A stretch of DNA of 64,000 bases from an uncultured Acidobacteriota bacterium (GCA_963713825.1 CAVQNG010000003.1:352001-416000), one strand, 5' to 3'; numbered from the stretch's first letter, positions 31,498 to 41,710 are shown. The notes: generated by a model not told the origin, from the letters alone. Numbers and translations are program-made.

Positions 31498-33144
31498 ATG
31501 GAGAAGGATTCGCCCAACCAACACTCAGCTCCTCGGGAGCCCCTTAGCGGGCTCTCCCACGATGCGATCGGCGAGCAGCTCGAGCGGATCCTCGGGAGCC
31601 GGGAGTTCCACGCCACGGAGAAGATGCACGACTTCCTGCGCTTCGTCGTCGAGGAGACTCTCGCCGGGCGAAAGAACCGCATCAAGGGATATACGATCGC
31701 GACCCAGGTTTTCGGGCGCAGCGACGACTTCGACGCCTCGCAGGACCCCATCGTCAGCATCCAGGCGGGCAGGCTGCGTCGCGCCCTCGAGCGCTACTAC
31801 CTGGTGGCAGGTGGGCGCGATCCGGTCATTATCTCTATCCCCAAAGGACACTACATTCCCCGCTTCGCGGCCCAGACAGTCGAGCTCGAGCGGAGAAAGG
31901 CAATCGGGCCTGCGAGGGGAAGTGTGGACGAGCCTGTGGCGGTCGGACCCTGCATCGCCGTGCTGCCGTTCGAGAACCTGACCGACGATGCGAGCCAGCT
32001 CGTTCTGGCGGTCGGTATGACCGACGAGGTAGCCACCGAGCTGAACCGGTTCCAGGACCTCGTCGTCATTCCCTGCCAACTAGCTCACCCGAGCGACGGC
32101 GGGCTGCCGAGCCCGATGGAGCTCGGCACGGAAACCGGCGCGCGCTTCCTGCTGCAGGGGACCATTCGCAGGGATCCGAAGACGGTGAAGGTCTCGGCGC
32201 ACCTGACCGATGCGAAGAACGGCCGGCAGATCTGGGCCGAAGCCTATTCGCACCCTCTGGACGCAAGTCGCCTCATCGCGACGCAGGAAGCGATTGCGCG
32301 CAGTGTCGTCGAGGCGATCGGCGGCGAGTACGGAATCATCGCGCGACGGTTGTCGGCCGAGTCCCGGAGAAAGTCTCCGGCTGAGCTGGACACCTACGAA
32401 GCCATGCTCCGCTACTACTCCCACCAGATCGCGCCCTCGCCGGAGTCGAGTGAGGCCTGCTTCATGGCGCTACAGAAGGCCGCGGAGCGAGAGCCGGACT
32501 ACGGCCCGGTCTGGTCGGCGTTGGCGACTCTCTACAGTCAGATGTACTCGGTGGATGCTCCAGGGTTCGACCGACCGCTCGAGACCGCCCTGCGTTACGC
32601 CCGCCGGGGGGTCTACCTGGAGCCTGGCTCCCAGCTCGCCCGCCTCATCCTGGCTTATGCCAGTTATCTGAGCGAGGACTCCGAGGTTTTTCAGCAGGAG
32701 ATCGAGACGGCCCTGACCCTGAATCCCAACTCCCCTTACACAGTTGGAACAGCCGGCTACTTCCACGTGATGCGCGGGGACTTCGAGCTCGGTCTGCCGC
32801 TTCTGGACCGGGCCATCGCGATGAACCCCTGCCATCCGAGGTGGTTTCATGGCGCCTATATCGTCGACGGCCTCCATCGACGCGACTACACCCGTGCCCT
32901 GCTCGATCTCGAGAGGCACCGGCCGTTCCTGCGCTTCTGGATCCCGGTCGTCTACGCCGCGATTCTGGGCAAGCTCGGGCGTATCGAGGAAGCGAACGTC
33001 CATCTCCGGAAGTTGGAGGAGCAGAAGCCAGAGTTTGCTCACCGGGCCCGAGAGCTGTTTCGTCGAACTCTGAAGATCGACTCGATCATCGACGACCTGA
33101 TCGATGGGCTCGGCAGGGCGGGCCTGTCGATCGACGACAGCTGA
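31498..33144 (+). CDS. Winged-helix-like / TolB-N / TPR regulatory protein (often annotated adenylate-cyclase-like, but has no cyclase domain)
   Basis: QLERILGS, KGYTIATQVFGR...DPIVSIQAGRLRRALERYY, IAVLPFENL, TPR repeats. Confidence 0.8.
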   Translation: MEKDSPNQHSAPREPLSGLSHDAIGEQLERILGSREFHATEKMHDFLRFVVEETLAGRKNRIKGYTIATQVFGRSDDFDASQDPIVSIQAGRLRRALERYYLVAGGRDPVIISIPKGHYIPRFAAQTVELERRKAIGPARGSVDEPVAVGPCIAVLPFENLTDDASQLVLAVGMTDEVATELNRFQDLVVIPCQLAHPSDGGLPSPMELGTETGARFLLQGTIRRDPKTVKVSAHLTDAKNGRQIWAEAYSHPLDASRLIATQEAIARSVVEAIGGEYGIIARRLSAESRRKSPAELDTYEAMLRYYSHQIAPSPESSEACFMALQKAAEREPDYGPVWSALATLYSQMYSVDAPGFDRPLETALRYARRGVYLEPGSQLARLILAYASYLSEDSEVFQQEIETALTLNPNSPYTVGTAGYFHVMRGDFELGLPLLDRAIAMNPCHPRWFHGAYIVDGLHRRDYTRALLDLERHRPFLRFWIPVVYAAILGKLGRIEEANVHLRKLEEQKPEFAHRARELFRRTLKIDSIIDDLIDGLGRAGLSIDDS

Positions 33145-33217
33145 GATCTCCCCGAACGCTGCGCTAGCGGACCCACCTCGATCTGGAGAAGGGTCGCGGA
33201 CTCGCTCCGTCTTGTTT

Positions 33218-33236
33218 TTATCTGTTTCAACAACTA
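33218..33236. promoter_or_regulatory. Putative MarR operator 1
   Basis: TTATCTGTTTCAACAACTA immediately upstream of marR; matches the site at 33730. Confidence 0.6.
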
Positions 33237-33246
33237 ATATCGAGCA

Positions 33247-33711
33247 GTGACTGAAAAACTCTTAAAAGAGCTCAAGCAGAGTCGCCCCTTCGGTAGCCTC
33301 GAGGAGGCTACTTTCCTCTCTTTGCAAAGGACGGCGAGCACCTGGATGCAGGCCCTGGCCCACAGACTGCGGCCCTTCGACCTCACACCGACTCAATACA
33401 ACGTCCTGCGGATTCTTCGGGGAGCTCATCCCGGGTCGCTGACCTGTACTCAGATTGGGGAACGCATGGTCACTCCGGTTCCCGATGTCACAAGACTTCT
33501 CGACAGGCTCTTGGCACGTCACCTGGTGTGGAAGGCCCGAGACGAAACCGACCGCCGCATCATGAGGGTGGAGATCTCTGGCCAGGGCCTCGAGCTACTC
33601 GCATCTCTCGACGAGCAAGTGCTTTCCTGGCTCCAGGAGCTCCTGTCACCACTCGAGCAGGAGGAAATGCGGACTCTCGGCGCTCTGGCAGCCAAAGCGC
33701 GACACGCGTGA
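33247..33711 (+). CDS. MarR family transcriptional regulator
   Basis: LTPTQYNVLRILRG, DVTRLLDRL, DRR. Confidence 0.92.
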   Translation: MTEKLLKELKQSRPFGSLEEATFLSLQRTASTWMQALAHRLRPFDLTPTQYNVLRILRGAHPGSLTCTQIGERMVTPVPDVTRLLDRLLARHLVWKARDETDRRIMRVEISGQGLELLASLDEQVLSWLQELLSPLEQEEMRTLGALAAKARHA

Positions 33712-33729
33712 GTGGAATTTCTCGGCTAT

Positions 33730-33748
33730 TTATCTGTTATAACAAGCA
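33730..33748. promoter_or_regulatory. Putative MarR operator 2
   Basis: TTATCTGTTATAACAAGCA (TGTT-NN-AACA core) upstream of the dioxygenase. Confidence 0.6.
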
Positions 33749-33777
33749 ACTTGGAAACACTAGCTATGGAGGTCTCT

Positions 33778-34740
33778 ATGAGCCAAATAGCCCAGGGAAT
33801 TCACCATGTCACCGCCATCGCCGGCGATGCGCAGCGCAATCTCGACTTCTACGCCGGACTCCTCGGCCTGCGCCTGGTCAAGCGGACGGTCAACTTCGAC
33901 GATCCGGGTACCTACCACCTCTACTACGGTGACGAAGAAGGCCGGCCGGGAACCATCATGACCTTCTTTCCCTGGAAGGGAGCGCCGCGGGGAAGCATTG
34001 GCGCCGGTCAGACCAGCGCCACCGCCTTCTCCGTGCCCGAAGGGTCCCTCGGATTCTGGGAGGAGCGCCTGAGCACCGCCGGTCTGCCAGTGGAGAGCCC
34101 TTCGAGTCGCTTCGATGAGCAGGTGCTCGCCTTTGCCGACCCTGATGGTCTCCGACTCGAGCTGGTGGCCCATGCAGGGGTTGCAGACCTGCCGCCTTGG
34201 CAGGACGGTCCGGTACCGTCGGTCCACGCGATTCGCTCGTTTCACGGTGTCACTCTCGTGGAGCGCTCCCTGGAGGCGACTGCCGAGATCCTCACCAATA
34301 GTCTCGGTTTCGAGGCCGGCCACTCCTCCGAGAGTAGGTACCGTTTCAATGCCCCCGACGGAGGCCCCGGGTCCCGGGTGGACATCGTCGTTCGTCCCGA
34401 ACAGGCCTTTGGACGAATTGCCGTCGGTTCCGTCCACCATGTGGCCTTCCGCATCGCTGGAGACGAGGAACAGATCCTCTGGCGTAGCGAGGCGCTCGCC
34501 AGGGGACTGCAGGTGACTCCAGTGCAGGATCGCAACTACTTCCATTCGGTCTACTTTCGTGAGCCCGGCGGTGTGCTGTTCGAGGTCGCCACGGATCCGC
34601 CCGGCTTCACAGTGGACGAGAGCGTGGCTGAATTGGGCGCCTCGCTCCGTCTGCCCGATTGGCTCGAGCCCGAGCGCGAGGTTCTGGAAGCGAAGCTTCC
34701 TCCTCTCGACTTGCCGTCAGTCGAGCCGGTGGCATCATGA
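33778..34740 (+). CDS. Ring-cleaving dioxygenase, MhqO-like VOC/glyoxalase family
   Basis: GIHHVTAI, KRTVNFDDPGTYHLYYGD, VHHVAFR, DRNYFHSVYFREPGGVLFE. Confidence 0.92.
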   Translation: MSQIAQGIHHVTAIAGDAQRNLDFYAGLLGLRLVKRTVNFDDPGTYHLYYGDEEGRPGTIMTFFPWKGAPRGSIGAGQTSATAFSVPEGSLGFWEERLSTAGLPVESPSSRFDEQVLAFADPDGLRLELVAHAGVADLPPWQDGPVPSVHAIRSFHGVTLVERSLEATAEILTNSLGFEAGHSSESRYRFNAPDGGPGSRVDIVVRPEQAFGRIAVGSVHHVAFRIAGDEEQILWRSEALARGLQVTPVQDRNYFHSVYFREPGGVLFEVATDPPGFTVDESVAELGASLRLPDWLEPEREVLEAKLPPLDLPSVEPVAS

Positions 34741-35381
34741 GCGCCTTCGGGCCTCACGCGGCACAGCCGACAGCCTACGGCGGCCTGCCGCCGGAAGAGG
34801 CTACTGTGGCCTTGGTGTTGGTGCACGGTCGCGGCGGCAGCGCCGAAGACATTCTCGCCCTTGCGGAGTTCGTCGACCCTCGGAACCTCACCGTCGTCGC
34901 ACCACAAGCCGCGGGCCACACCTGGTACCCGCAGAGCTTCCTCGCACCTGTCGCCGCGAACGAGCCCGGCCGCAGCTCTGGACTCTCGGTCCTCGAGTCG
35001 ATCGTGCAAGAGCTCGCGGCTGGAGGAATCCCGCCTGAGAGACTGGTCCTGGCCGGCTTCTCTCAGGGAGCCTGTCTGACCCTCGAGTTCGTCGCTCGCC
35101 ACCCGCAGAGATTTGGCGCCGTTGCGGGACTGACAGGAGGGCTGATCGGTCCTCCTGGCACTCTCGGTGGTTACCAAGGCTCGCTCGAGGGCACACCGAT
35201 CTTCCTCGGGTCGGGTGATCCCGATCCTCACGTGCCCTGGGCCCGAGTCGAAGAGACTGCCGCCATCCTGGAGCAGCTCGGAGCACAGGTCGAGCTCGCG
35301 CGCTACCCGGGTCGCGCCCACACCATCAGCGAGGACGAGGTGCGGCACCTGGGCTCCCTCGTCGAGCTGGTCAGAAACTGA
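34737..35381 (+). CDS. Phospholipase/carboxylesterase (MhqD-like)
   Basis: VHGRGG, GFSQG, DPHVP, AHTI; ATGA overlap with the dioxygenase. Confidence 0.9.
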   Translation: MSAFGPHAAQPTAYGGLPPEEATVALVLVHGRGGSAEDILALAEFVDPRNLTVVAPQAAGHTWYPQSFLAPVAANEPGRSSGLSVLESIVQELAAGGIPPERLVLAGFSQGACLTLEFVARHPQRFGAVAGLTGGLIGPPGTLGGYQGSLEGTPIFLGSGDPDPHVPWARVEETAAILEQLGAQVELARYPGRAHTISEDEVRHLGSLVELVRN

Positions 35382-35665
35382 AAGGGGGTCCCGATCTCGA
35401 CATCTGGGACGCCAGACTGGTCAAGGCCAGAGGCGAGCCCCTGGAGCACATCGACGACAGCGAAAAGGCGGATCGCTGACCACCCACACCTGCCCAGCTC
35501 CAACCTCCTCGACGCATAGGTAGACCGAGCTAGCGAGCTCACAGGATTCTGCGCCGGACCCGCAGACGCGATGGGCGTAACGCGGCCCTTTGGATCAGCA
35601 CGGAACCACCACCTGTACAATGAGATGACCTTCTCGACCAGGTTGACCGGGAACGATCCGACTTC

Positions 35666-38399
35666 ATGATCGGCCAGACTCTCTCTCACTTCAAGATCAC
35701 TCGCCAAGCTCGGCGAGGGTGGTATGGGTGAGGTCTATCGAGCCGAAGACACCAAGCTCGGTCGCGATGTTGCGATCAAGGTGCTGCCCGAGGCGGTCGC
35801 CAGCGACCCTGAGCGCCTGGCTCGGTTCGAGCGCGAGGCCAAGCTGCTGGCCTCGCTCAACCACCCGAGTATCGCGGCGATCTACTCCTTCGAATCTACC
35901 GAACGGGAGGGGGCAAGCCCCTCCCCTACACCTGATGAGCTTCTCCTGAGCCCTACTCTCCACTTTCTCGTCATGGAGCTTGCTCTGGGCGACGATCTGA
36001 CCCACTACATCAGCCAGGGTCCCTTACCGATTCAAAGGGCACTGCCCATTGCGAAGCAAATTGCCGAGGCGCTGGAGGCGGCGCACGAAAAGGGGATCAT
36101 TCATCGAGACCTGAAACCGGCCAACATCAAGGTAGACACCAATGGTCAGGTGAAGGTGCTGGACTTCGGACTGGCGAAGGCGCTCGACCCTTCAAGAGCG
36201 TCAGGACCCCAGGACCCCAGGACCTCTCCATGTCGCCGACCCTGACCGCCCAGATGACCCAACCAGGGATCGTCCTTGGCACAGCCGCCTATATGAGCCC
36301 GGAGCAGGCGCGAGGCCAGAGCGTCGATGAGCGCACCGACATCTGGTCGTTCGGATGCGTGCTTTGGGAGAGCTTGACTGGCGAGACGTTGTTCGGCGGC
36401 CCAACGGCATCCGATTCGATCGGGGCCATCCTGCAAACCGAGCCAGACTGGGAGGATCTTCCGGCGGACACGCCATCGACCGTGAGGCGCCTGCTGAGAC
36501 GGTGCCTCGCCAAGGATCCACACGACCGACTGCACCACATCGCCGACGCGCGGATCGAACTGGAGGACACAGAACCCCCGTCTGAGCCCACCGCAGTGCG
36601 TTCGACGCGCGGCTACAGGATCACCGTCGCGATTCTGGCGATCGCTCTGATCGCGAGCCTGGCCGCTTGGCTGCTACCTGTCTGCGCAACCGGCAGCCGA
36701 CCAGGCCAGCTCGGAGAGAGACAATCCTCTCGCCGGCGCCAGGTTCAGCAAGGTCACCAACTTCGCAGGGTCCGAGTTCGATGCCGCGATCTCACCAGAC
36801 GGCAGATTTGTCGCTTTTGTCTCCGATCGAGACGGGCCGTTCGAGGTTTTCGTAGGTCAACTCGGGACGGGCGAATTCCGCAACTTGGCGTCCGGCGCGG
36901 ATGAGGCCACGGTCCAAGACGCCCGCGCACCGGTACGCAGCGTCGGGTTCAACAGCGACGGGTCGGAGATCTGGCTTGGCGGTGGCCCGTGGCAAAGGGT
37001 GCGATCGATTCCCCTGCTGGGTGGCCCGATGCGCAACTTCCTCGGAGAAGACGTCGTCAACGTGGATTGGTCGCCCGACGGCGAGCGCATCGTCTATCAC
37101 GAGCGTCTCGCGGGAGACCCGCTCTATGTCGCTGACCGCAACGGAGCGAATGCTCAACTGATCCTCGATCCACCTGCGGGAACACACCAGCACTATCCGA
37201 CATGGTCGGCCGACGGAGAGTCGATCTACGTCGTGCGCGGCCGACCGATAACCCTCGAAATGGACCTTTGGCGTGTGCACGCGGACGGCGAGGGATTGGA
37301 GCAACTGACCTGGCGGAAGCTGGACGTGCGATACCCGACACCGATCGATGAAAGGACCGTGCTTTACAGCGCGCGCGATGCGGACGGCGCCGGGCCGTGG
37401 CTGTGGGCGGTGGACGTGGAGACCAAGGTCTCGCGACGGGCCAGCGTCGGGCTCGAACAGTACGCTTCCGTGGCGGCCAGTGCCGACGGAAGCCGTCTGG
37501 TCGCAACAGTCCAAGATCGTCGAGCAGGCCTGTGGAGTGTGCCGATTCTCGACCGTCTGGCGGCCGAGAGTGATGTCAAGCCCTTTGCCGACCTGTCGAC
37601 GACGCGTGCGCTCGCGCCGCGCTTCGGTGGTTCCTCGCTGTTCTATTTGTCGTCGCGGGGCAGCGGCGATGGATTGTGGCGTTACGAGGGGGGAAAAGCC
37701 CGGGAGATCTGGCGAGGCAGCGAGACGGCATTGCTCCAGCCGGCTGCGGTCTCGCCCGACGGCGATTCGGTCTCACTGGTGCTGCGACGCGATGACGGAT
37801 GGCACTTGAGCGTTCTCAGCGCCGACGGTGCCGAGATCAGGGCACTATCGAAGAGCGTGGATGTCCGGGGCGCAGGCGCATGGTCGCCAGATGGGAAGTG
37901 GATCGTCACGGGAGGCATCGCAGACGATCAACCAGGGCTATTCAAGATCCCCGCGGACGGCGGCGAACCGATGCGAATCGCCAACGGAGAGGCGACGAAT
38001 CCCGTGTGGTCGCCGGACGGGAACTTGATCGTCTACGCTGGTGCACAGGTGAACGTGGTATCACCGCTGTTGGCCGTCAACCCCGATGGAGCTCCGGTCG
38101 AGCTGCCGGAGATCAGGGTTTTTCGAGCCGGCGAGCGCATACGATTCCTTCCCAGTGGTACGGGACTCGTCTACATGCGAGGCTTCGGGCTCACTCAGGA
38201 CTTCTGGGTGCTCGATCTCGCCACGATGGAGAGCCGCCAACTGACCCAACTCGACTCGACAGCCAAGATGCGCACCTTCGACATCACCCCTGACGGAACT
38301 CAGATAGTGTTCGACCGATTGAGCGAGGATTCCGATATTGTGCTCATCGAGTTGAGCGAGCCCTCTGCGAACCGACGAGAAACCCCACAGACCGACTAG
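35666..38399 (+). CDS. Hanks-type Ser/Thr kinase with TM segment and PD40/TolB beta-propeller (three frameshifts)
   Basis: MIGQTLSHFKIT, GEGGMGEVY, VAIK, HRDLKPAN, DFG, YMSPEQ, repeated WSPDG. Breaks near 35700, 36200 and 36680. Confidence 0.88.
35904..35929 (-). repeat. GTAG-type REP-like palindrome inside the kinase CDS
   Basis: Reverse complement GTAGGGGAGGGGCTTGCCCCCTCCCG, same family as 8928-8953. Confidence 0.7.
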
Positions 38400-38420
38400 G
38401 CTTCGAACTGCATCTCGTCA

Positions 38421-38463
38421 CAAGAAACAACCGCCGGGCAACTCGTCATGAGTCACCCGGCGG
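38421..38463 (-). terminator. Rho-independent terminator between convergent genes
   Basis: CCGCCGGG...CCCGGCGG stem with inner ACTC/GAGT pairing, followed by TTGTTTCTT on the minus strand. Confidence 0.6.
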
Positions 38464-38495
38464 CAAGAGAACATCGATCTCTTGGCGGCAGGCCT

Positions 38496-39308
38496 CTACT
38501 GGGTCTTGCGCAGAATGATGTCGCCGTGGAAGGTCTTGAACCGCAGCTCGGGGCCGCCCCCGCCGATCGAGCCCTCGACCGCCTTCTCCATGCGGACCCG
38601 GTAGCTGCCACCACCCTCCTGCTCGCGGGTCACCTTCGCCTGGGTTGGCTGCAGCTGCAGGTCGAAGTCCGTGTACACATCTCCCTGACCCGACTGCATG
38701 AACAGGTTGGCCTGGACCGCCGCTGGCAGGGTCACTTCGACATCGCCGTTGAAGGTACTGAACGACATGGGCGTGTCGGCATCGACCTCGAGCAACTCGA
38801 CCACAACCTCTCCGTTCGTCGTGTTGGCGACGACCGAGCCACGCATGTTCCTGGCCGTGATCTCACCGTTGGTGTGGCTCAGCTCGTGGGTGCCCTGGAC
38901 CCCTTCCACCTCGATGAAGCCACCATTGACAGCGCTGAGGCGTAGAGAGGTCTGATAGGGAACCTTGATCGACAGAGCAACTTCTTCCTTGGACCAGTCG
39001 GTACCGATCTCGACCTTGTTGCCCTTCTCCTCGACGGTGACGCCCGCCGAATAGCTGGGGATGCGCGTCAATCCCTCGCGCTCCTCCCCATCGGACTCGT
39101 CGTCGTGCTCCTCTTCGAAGGTCACTTCAACCTGGACTTCGGCCCCTTCATAGCCCACCACTGTGATGGAGCCCATCAATACCGAAGCCTCCAGCACCGC
39201 GGGTTGCCCCGGATTGCTCAGCGGCACCACGAAGTTCTGTGGCTGGGCTGCAAGAGCACCACACATCAGGGTCATACAGGTCAGGATCATCAGGCTCGTT
39301 CTTCGCAT
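38496..39308 (-). CDS. DUF4097 (adhesin-like beta-helix) secreted protein
   Basis: Repeated T(V/T)NG motifs, STFNGDV, KTFHGDIILRK; RBS before MRRTS. Confidence 0.85.
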   Translation of the reverse strand: MRRTSLMILTCMTLMCGALAAQPQNFVVPLSNPGQPAVLEASVLMGSITVVGYEGAEVQVEVTFEEEHDDESDGEEREGLTRIPSYSAGVTVEEKGNKVEIGTDWSKEEVALSIKVPYQTSLRLSAVNGGFIEVEGVQGTHELSHTNGEITARNMRGSVVANTTNGEVVVELLEVDADTPMSFSTFNGDVEVTLPAAVQANLFMQSGQGDVYTDFDLQLQPTQAKVTREQEGGGSYRVRMEKAVEGSIGGGGPELRFKTFHGDIILRKTQ

Positions 39309-39322
39309 GGTTTTCACCTCTT

Positions 39323-40189
39323 TCAACTCGTCCCCTTGCGGACGTAAATGTTGCCGTTCAGTGTTTCGAAGGAATGGGTCGGGCCTCCACCGTCCACCCG
39401 CACCCGCGAGCCACGCTGCAGCTCGATGACGGTACGCCCGCCTTCCGTGCGTTTCGTCGGCGGCGGGGAAGGCAGTGCTTCGACTTTGTACTCGCTCCAC
39501 AGCTCCCCCCACCGTGCCACCATCTCGAGGTCGGCTGAGAGACCGGGCTGAAAGCTCACGTCGATCTTGCCGTTGATGGTCTCGAAGTGGCTGTTCTTCT
39601 TGGGATTCGAGACAAAGCTCGCCACCACAGGGCCATTGACCGTCGTCGCTTCGCCGGATCCAGCCAGCCCCGAAAGCTCGATGGAACCGTTGACGTTGTT
39701 GACGACAAAATCTCCGCGCACGCCAGAGACCTCGATGTCGCCGTGATTTACGGTTCGCACCTCGATATCGGTGTCATGAGGCACACGGATCCGAAAGTCG
39801 TAGATCACTTCATAGCGGTCATGCCAGTTGTTCCAGCAGTTCCCTTGCTCGGTCCTGTCATGACAGCGGAAGGGACCATCGACGTAGAACTCGACCTCGC
39901 CGTCCTGCTTGTTGACTTGTAGCTCGACCTCACGCCTCGCCTGGTCGATCCGCTCTGCCGTTCTTGCGCGGACGGTCTCGACGGCGGTCATTTCGACCGT
40001 CTCGCCTTCATAGCCTTCGACTGTGATCGAGCCCCAGACGTTGTCCACGATGACGCGCTGAGGCCCAGAGCGCTCGAGCGCAATCGACCGATTGAGGGTC
40101 CGACTGTCGCTCAGCTGCTCGGCCGAACTGGGTATCGCGAGCGTGAGGGCAATCAGAACTACCGATAGATTTCGATTCCTTTGGCGCAT
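39323..40189 (-). CDS. DUF4097 secreted protein
   Basis: NNVNGSI, TTVNGPV, ETINGKI, ETLNGNIYVRK. Confidence 0.85.
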   Translation of the reverse strand: MRQRNRNLSVVLIALTLAIPSSAEQLSDSRTLNRSIALERSGPQRVIVDNVWGSITVEGYEGETVEMTAVETVRARTAERIDQARREVELQVNKQDGEVEFYVDGPFRCHDRTEQGNCWNNWHDRYEVIYDFRIRVPHDTDIEVRTVNHGDIEVSGVRGDFVVNNVNGSIELSGLAGSGEATTVNGPVVASFVSNPKKNSHFETINGKIDVSFQPGLSADLEMVARWGELWSEYKVEALPSPPPTKRTEGGRTVIELQRGSRVRVDGGGPTHSFETLNGNIYVRKGTS

Positions 40190-40989
40190 TACAGGCTCTC
40201 CGCTTGGGCTGCGTAGTACTCGAGTAGGGTCTGGTCGACATCGCTGGCCTCTCTCAGTCTCTGCAGCTCACCATTGCGCAGCCCCTCCTCGCCAGCGACA
40301 GCCTCGAGCACTGCCAGCTGCACGAGAGGAGATTTCTCGACTTCGAGGGAGTTCATCAAACTGGTGCGGACGGCTCCCTGGTCGACATACCCCGCCAGGG
40401 CGTCCACAGCTGCCAGCCGCACGTTGACGTTGGGATCCGAGCGGGCCGAGTCCAACAGCGCGGTCAGGACCTGCTCATCGCCTCCCGCCATCCGACTCCA
40501 GCTGACTGCTCGAAGACGCTCGGAGGCCGACTGGTGCTGTAGCAGTGAGACCGTGACAACGCGGCTCATCGTTTCGACTTCGGCCCTGAGCTCGGCGAGA
40601 TCCTCGTTCGTCGCCTGGCGCCAAGTCATGCCAGCACCCAGAAAGACACCCACGAGCAGAACAGCAGCCGAAAACGCCGCCTGCCATGCTGGCCGTGCCG
40701 TCCACGGACCGGCCCACCAATCGCTGAATCCGGGCCGGGGAGTCTCGTGAAGATTGGTCTCGAAGTCGGCCAGAGCCAACTGAAATCGGCGAGTCAGCTT
40801 CTCACTGGGGACTTCTTGTGGCGATTCGTCGAGACTCCCGAGCTCATGCCACAGCGTCTCCATCTCCGTCGCTTCCTCGCCGCACCGTTCACAGGACGCC
40901 AGGTGCTCGTCGAGCTCCCGCCGATCCTCGGTACCCAGGGCGCCCATCAGGGAGTCCATCAGCAGCTTGTCGGCTTTGTCGCAGTTCAT
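40189..40989 (-). CDS. Anti-sigma factor (zf-HC2 + TM + HEAT repeats)
   Basis: MNC...HLASCERC; TM helix; SASERLRAV, DPNVNVRLAAVDAL. Confidence 0.88.
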   Translation of the reverse strand: MNCDKADKLLMDSLMGALGTEDRRELDEHLASCERCGEEATEMETLWHELGSLDESPQEVPSEKLTRRFQLALADFETNLHETPRPGFSDWWAGPWTARPAWQAAFSAAVLLVGVFLGAGMTWRQATNEDLAELRAEVETMSRVVTVSLLQHQSASERLRAVSWSRMAGGDEQVLTALLDSARSDPNVNVRLAAVDALAGYVDQGAVRTSLMNSLEVEKSPLVQLAVLEAVAGEEGLRNGELQRLREASDVDQTLLEYYAAQAESL

Positions 40990-41543
40990 GACTCGCCCTC
41001 TTTCAACATCTCGCTGTAGGTGTCGCGCAATTGATTCATCGCCCGGTGCACCCGCACCTTGACCGCCCCGACCGAGCAGCCCAGAAGCTCGGCGATCTCG
41101 TCGTAGTGGCGAAACTCGAATCGACTCAAGATCAACACCTCACGACGCTCGACTGGCAAGCGCAGCAGGGCCTGGCGCAACAAGCAGACCTGCTCCCTTT
41201 GTTGGGCGGCGTCGAGGGCGCTGGGGTCGGGACTGATTGCCTCGACCAAGTCCTCCCCTGTGATTGGAAAGCGTTGGTTCTTGTGGAAGTGGTCGTTGCA
41301 TACGTTGCGCGCCAGCCGATAGAGCCAGGGCAGGAAGTCAGCATCGCCACGAAAGGTCTGGCGGTACTTCAGGGCCCGCATGAAGGCCTCCTGCACCAGG
41401 TCCTCACTCGCTGCCGGACTGCCCGTCATCCGCAGGCAGAAGTTGTAGATCCTCTCGTGATGACGCTCGAAAAGAGTTCCCATTCCGCCGACTTCGCCTT
41501 TTTGCACCGCGATCATGAGCTCCAGGTCCGTAGGTTGATTCAC
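40986..41543 (-). CDS. ECF RNA polymerase sigma factor
   Basis: EDLVQEAFMRA, WLYRLARN, VKVRVHRA. Probable GTG start at 41543 (GGAG-rich RBS); the track gives 41594. Confidence 0.92.
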   Translation of the reverse strand: MNQPTDLELMIAVQKGEVGGMGTLFERHHERIYNFCLRMTGSPAASEDLVQEAFMRALKYRQTFRGDADFLPWLYRLARNVCNDHFHKNQRFPITGEDLVEAISPDPSALDAAQQREQVCLLRQALLRLPVERREVLILSRFEFRHYDEIAELLGCSVGAVKVRVHRAMNQLRDTYSEMLKEGES

Positions 41544-41583
41544 GCTCCGTTCGCTCCCTCTCCCATTCCCGTCTTCTGTAGTG

Positions 41584-41611
41584 ATGACCGTCATAACAAG
41601 AAAAGGTTACA
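41584..41611 (-). promoter_or_regulatory. Putative autoregulated ECF promoter
   Basis: TGTAACC-N16-GTCAT on the minus strand upstream of the sigma gene. Confidence 0.55.
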
Positions 41612-41710
41612 GGTGGCCTTCTCCCGGTCAAGAAGCAGATCCAGAACAGCCCTGGAGAGCCGCTGTACCGTGGTGGCCCGGAACACTGCCGCCCGGACCC
41701 ATCAGGCGCC

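Noticed and set aside
31498-33144. Adenylate cyclase annotation for the TolB-N/TPR protein
   Set aside because: No class III cyclase catalytic motifs are present.
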